Below, one piece after another: positions 63,869 to 64,000 of a DNA stretch of 64,000 nt; within the stretch, counting starts at the first letter, position 1, and the number at the start of each line of letters is the position of its first letter. This DNA is from an uncultured Chloroflexia bacterium (GTDB taxonomy: Bacteria > Chloroflexota > Dehalococcoidia > UBA2979), in assembly GCA_963728205.1 (NCBI GenBank), contig CAVSIV010000002.1:32001-96000 (forward strand), given 5' to 3'. Made by a program: the position numbers and the translations under genes. The notes under the pieces are model-generated. The model made no database searches. It was not told the origin of the DNA and was given only the letters and a program-made list of their open reading frames with translations.

Positions 63869-64000
63869 CGGAACGCACGATGACACCGGAGATCGGCGAG
63901 GCGGCGCACACGGGGGCGCTTGCCCCGGCGGAGTGGGGCGTGATCCCGCTGCTCGGCGTCGCGCTGCCGGGGCGCCATTCGCTGCGCGTCTGGCAGCGCA
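63865..64000 (+). CDS. ABC-2 permease (NodJ-like), 5' partial
   Basis: ATGA overlap with the ATPase; open to the window end with ...LRVWQR. Confidence 0.65.
   Translation, partial: MTERTMTPEIGEAAHTGALAPAEWGVIPLLGVALPGRHSLRVWQR

Overview
High-GC bacterial chromosomal window. The gene content (Tat-lipoprotein family-5 binding protein, LLM oxidoreductase, CoA-transferase) looks like Chloroflexota/Dehalococcoidia, which is inference only. Left arm (1-22.8 kb): a TetR-controlled FtsX/HrtAB-like ABC exporter, a Dpp/Opp-type ABC importer, one operon joining a caa3-type oxidase to a Rieske/cytochrome b-c complex, a FAD-oxidase/SnoaL/duplicated-HFAR-domain/DyP peroxidase cluster, a lower-GC PQQ-like beta-propeller gene and a probable recombinase relic at tRNA-Ala(CGC). 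Middle: rimM-khpA-rpsP-ffh (Ffh with non-canonical GTPase motifs), gap (NADP-type residues), eno, xerD and uvrC, interleaved with four copies of a REP/REPIN-like element, one preceded by a 14-unit tandem array of related sequence. Then tRNA-Arg(GCG), Leu(CAG) and Val(CAC). Right arm: acnA, pepN, SURF1, type II glutamine synthetase with a GlnR-like box, and several MFS/hydrolase genes. Three frameshifts and one in-frame amber codon may be sequencing errors. No CRISPR array, intact transposase or prophage was seen. All calls come from reading motifs by eye; no database search was run.
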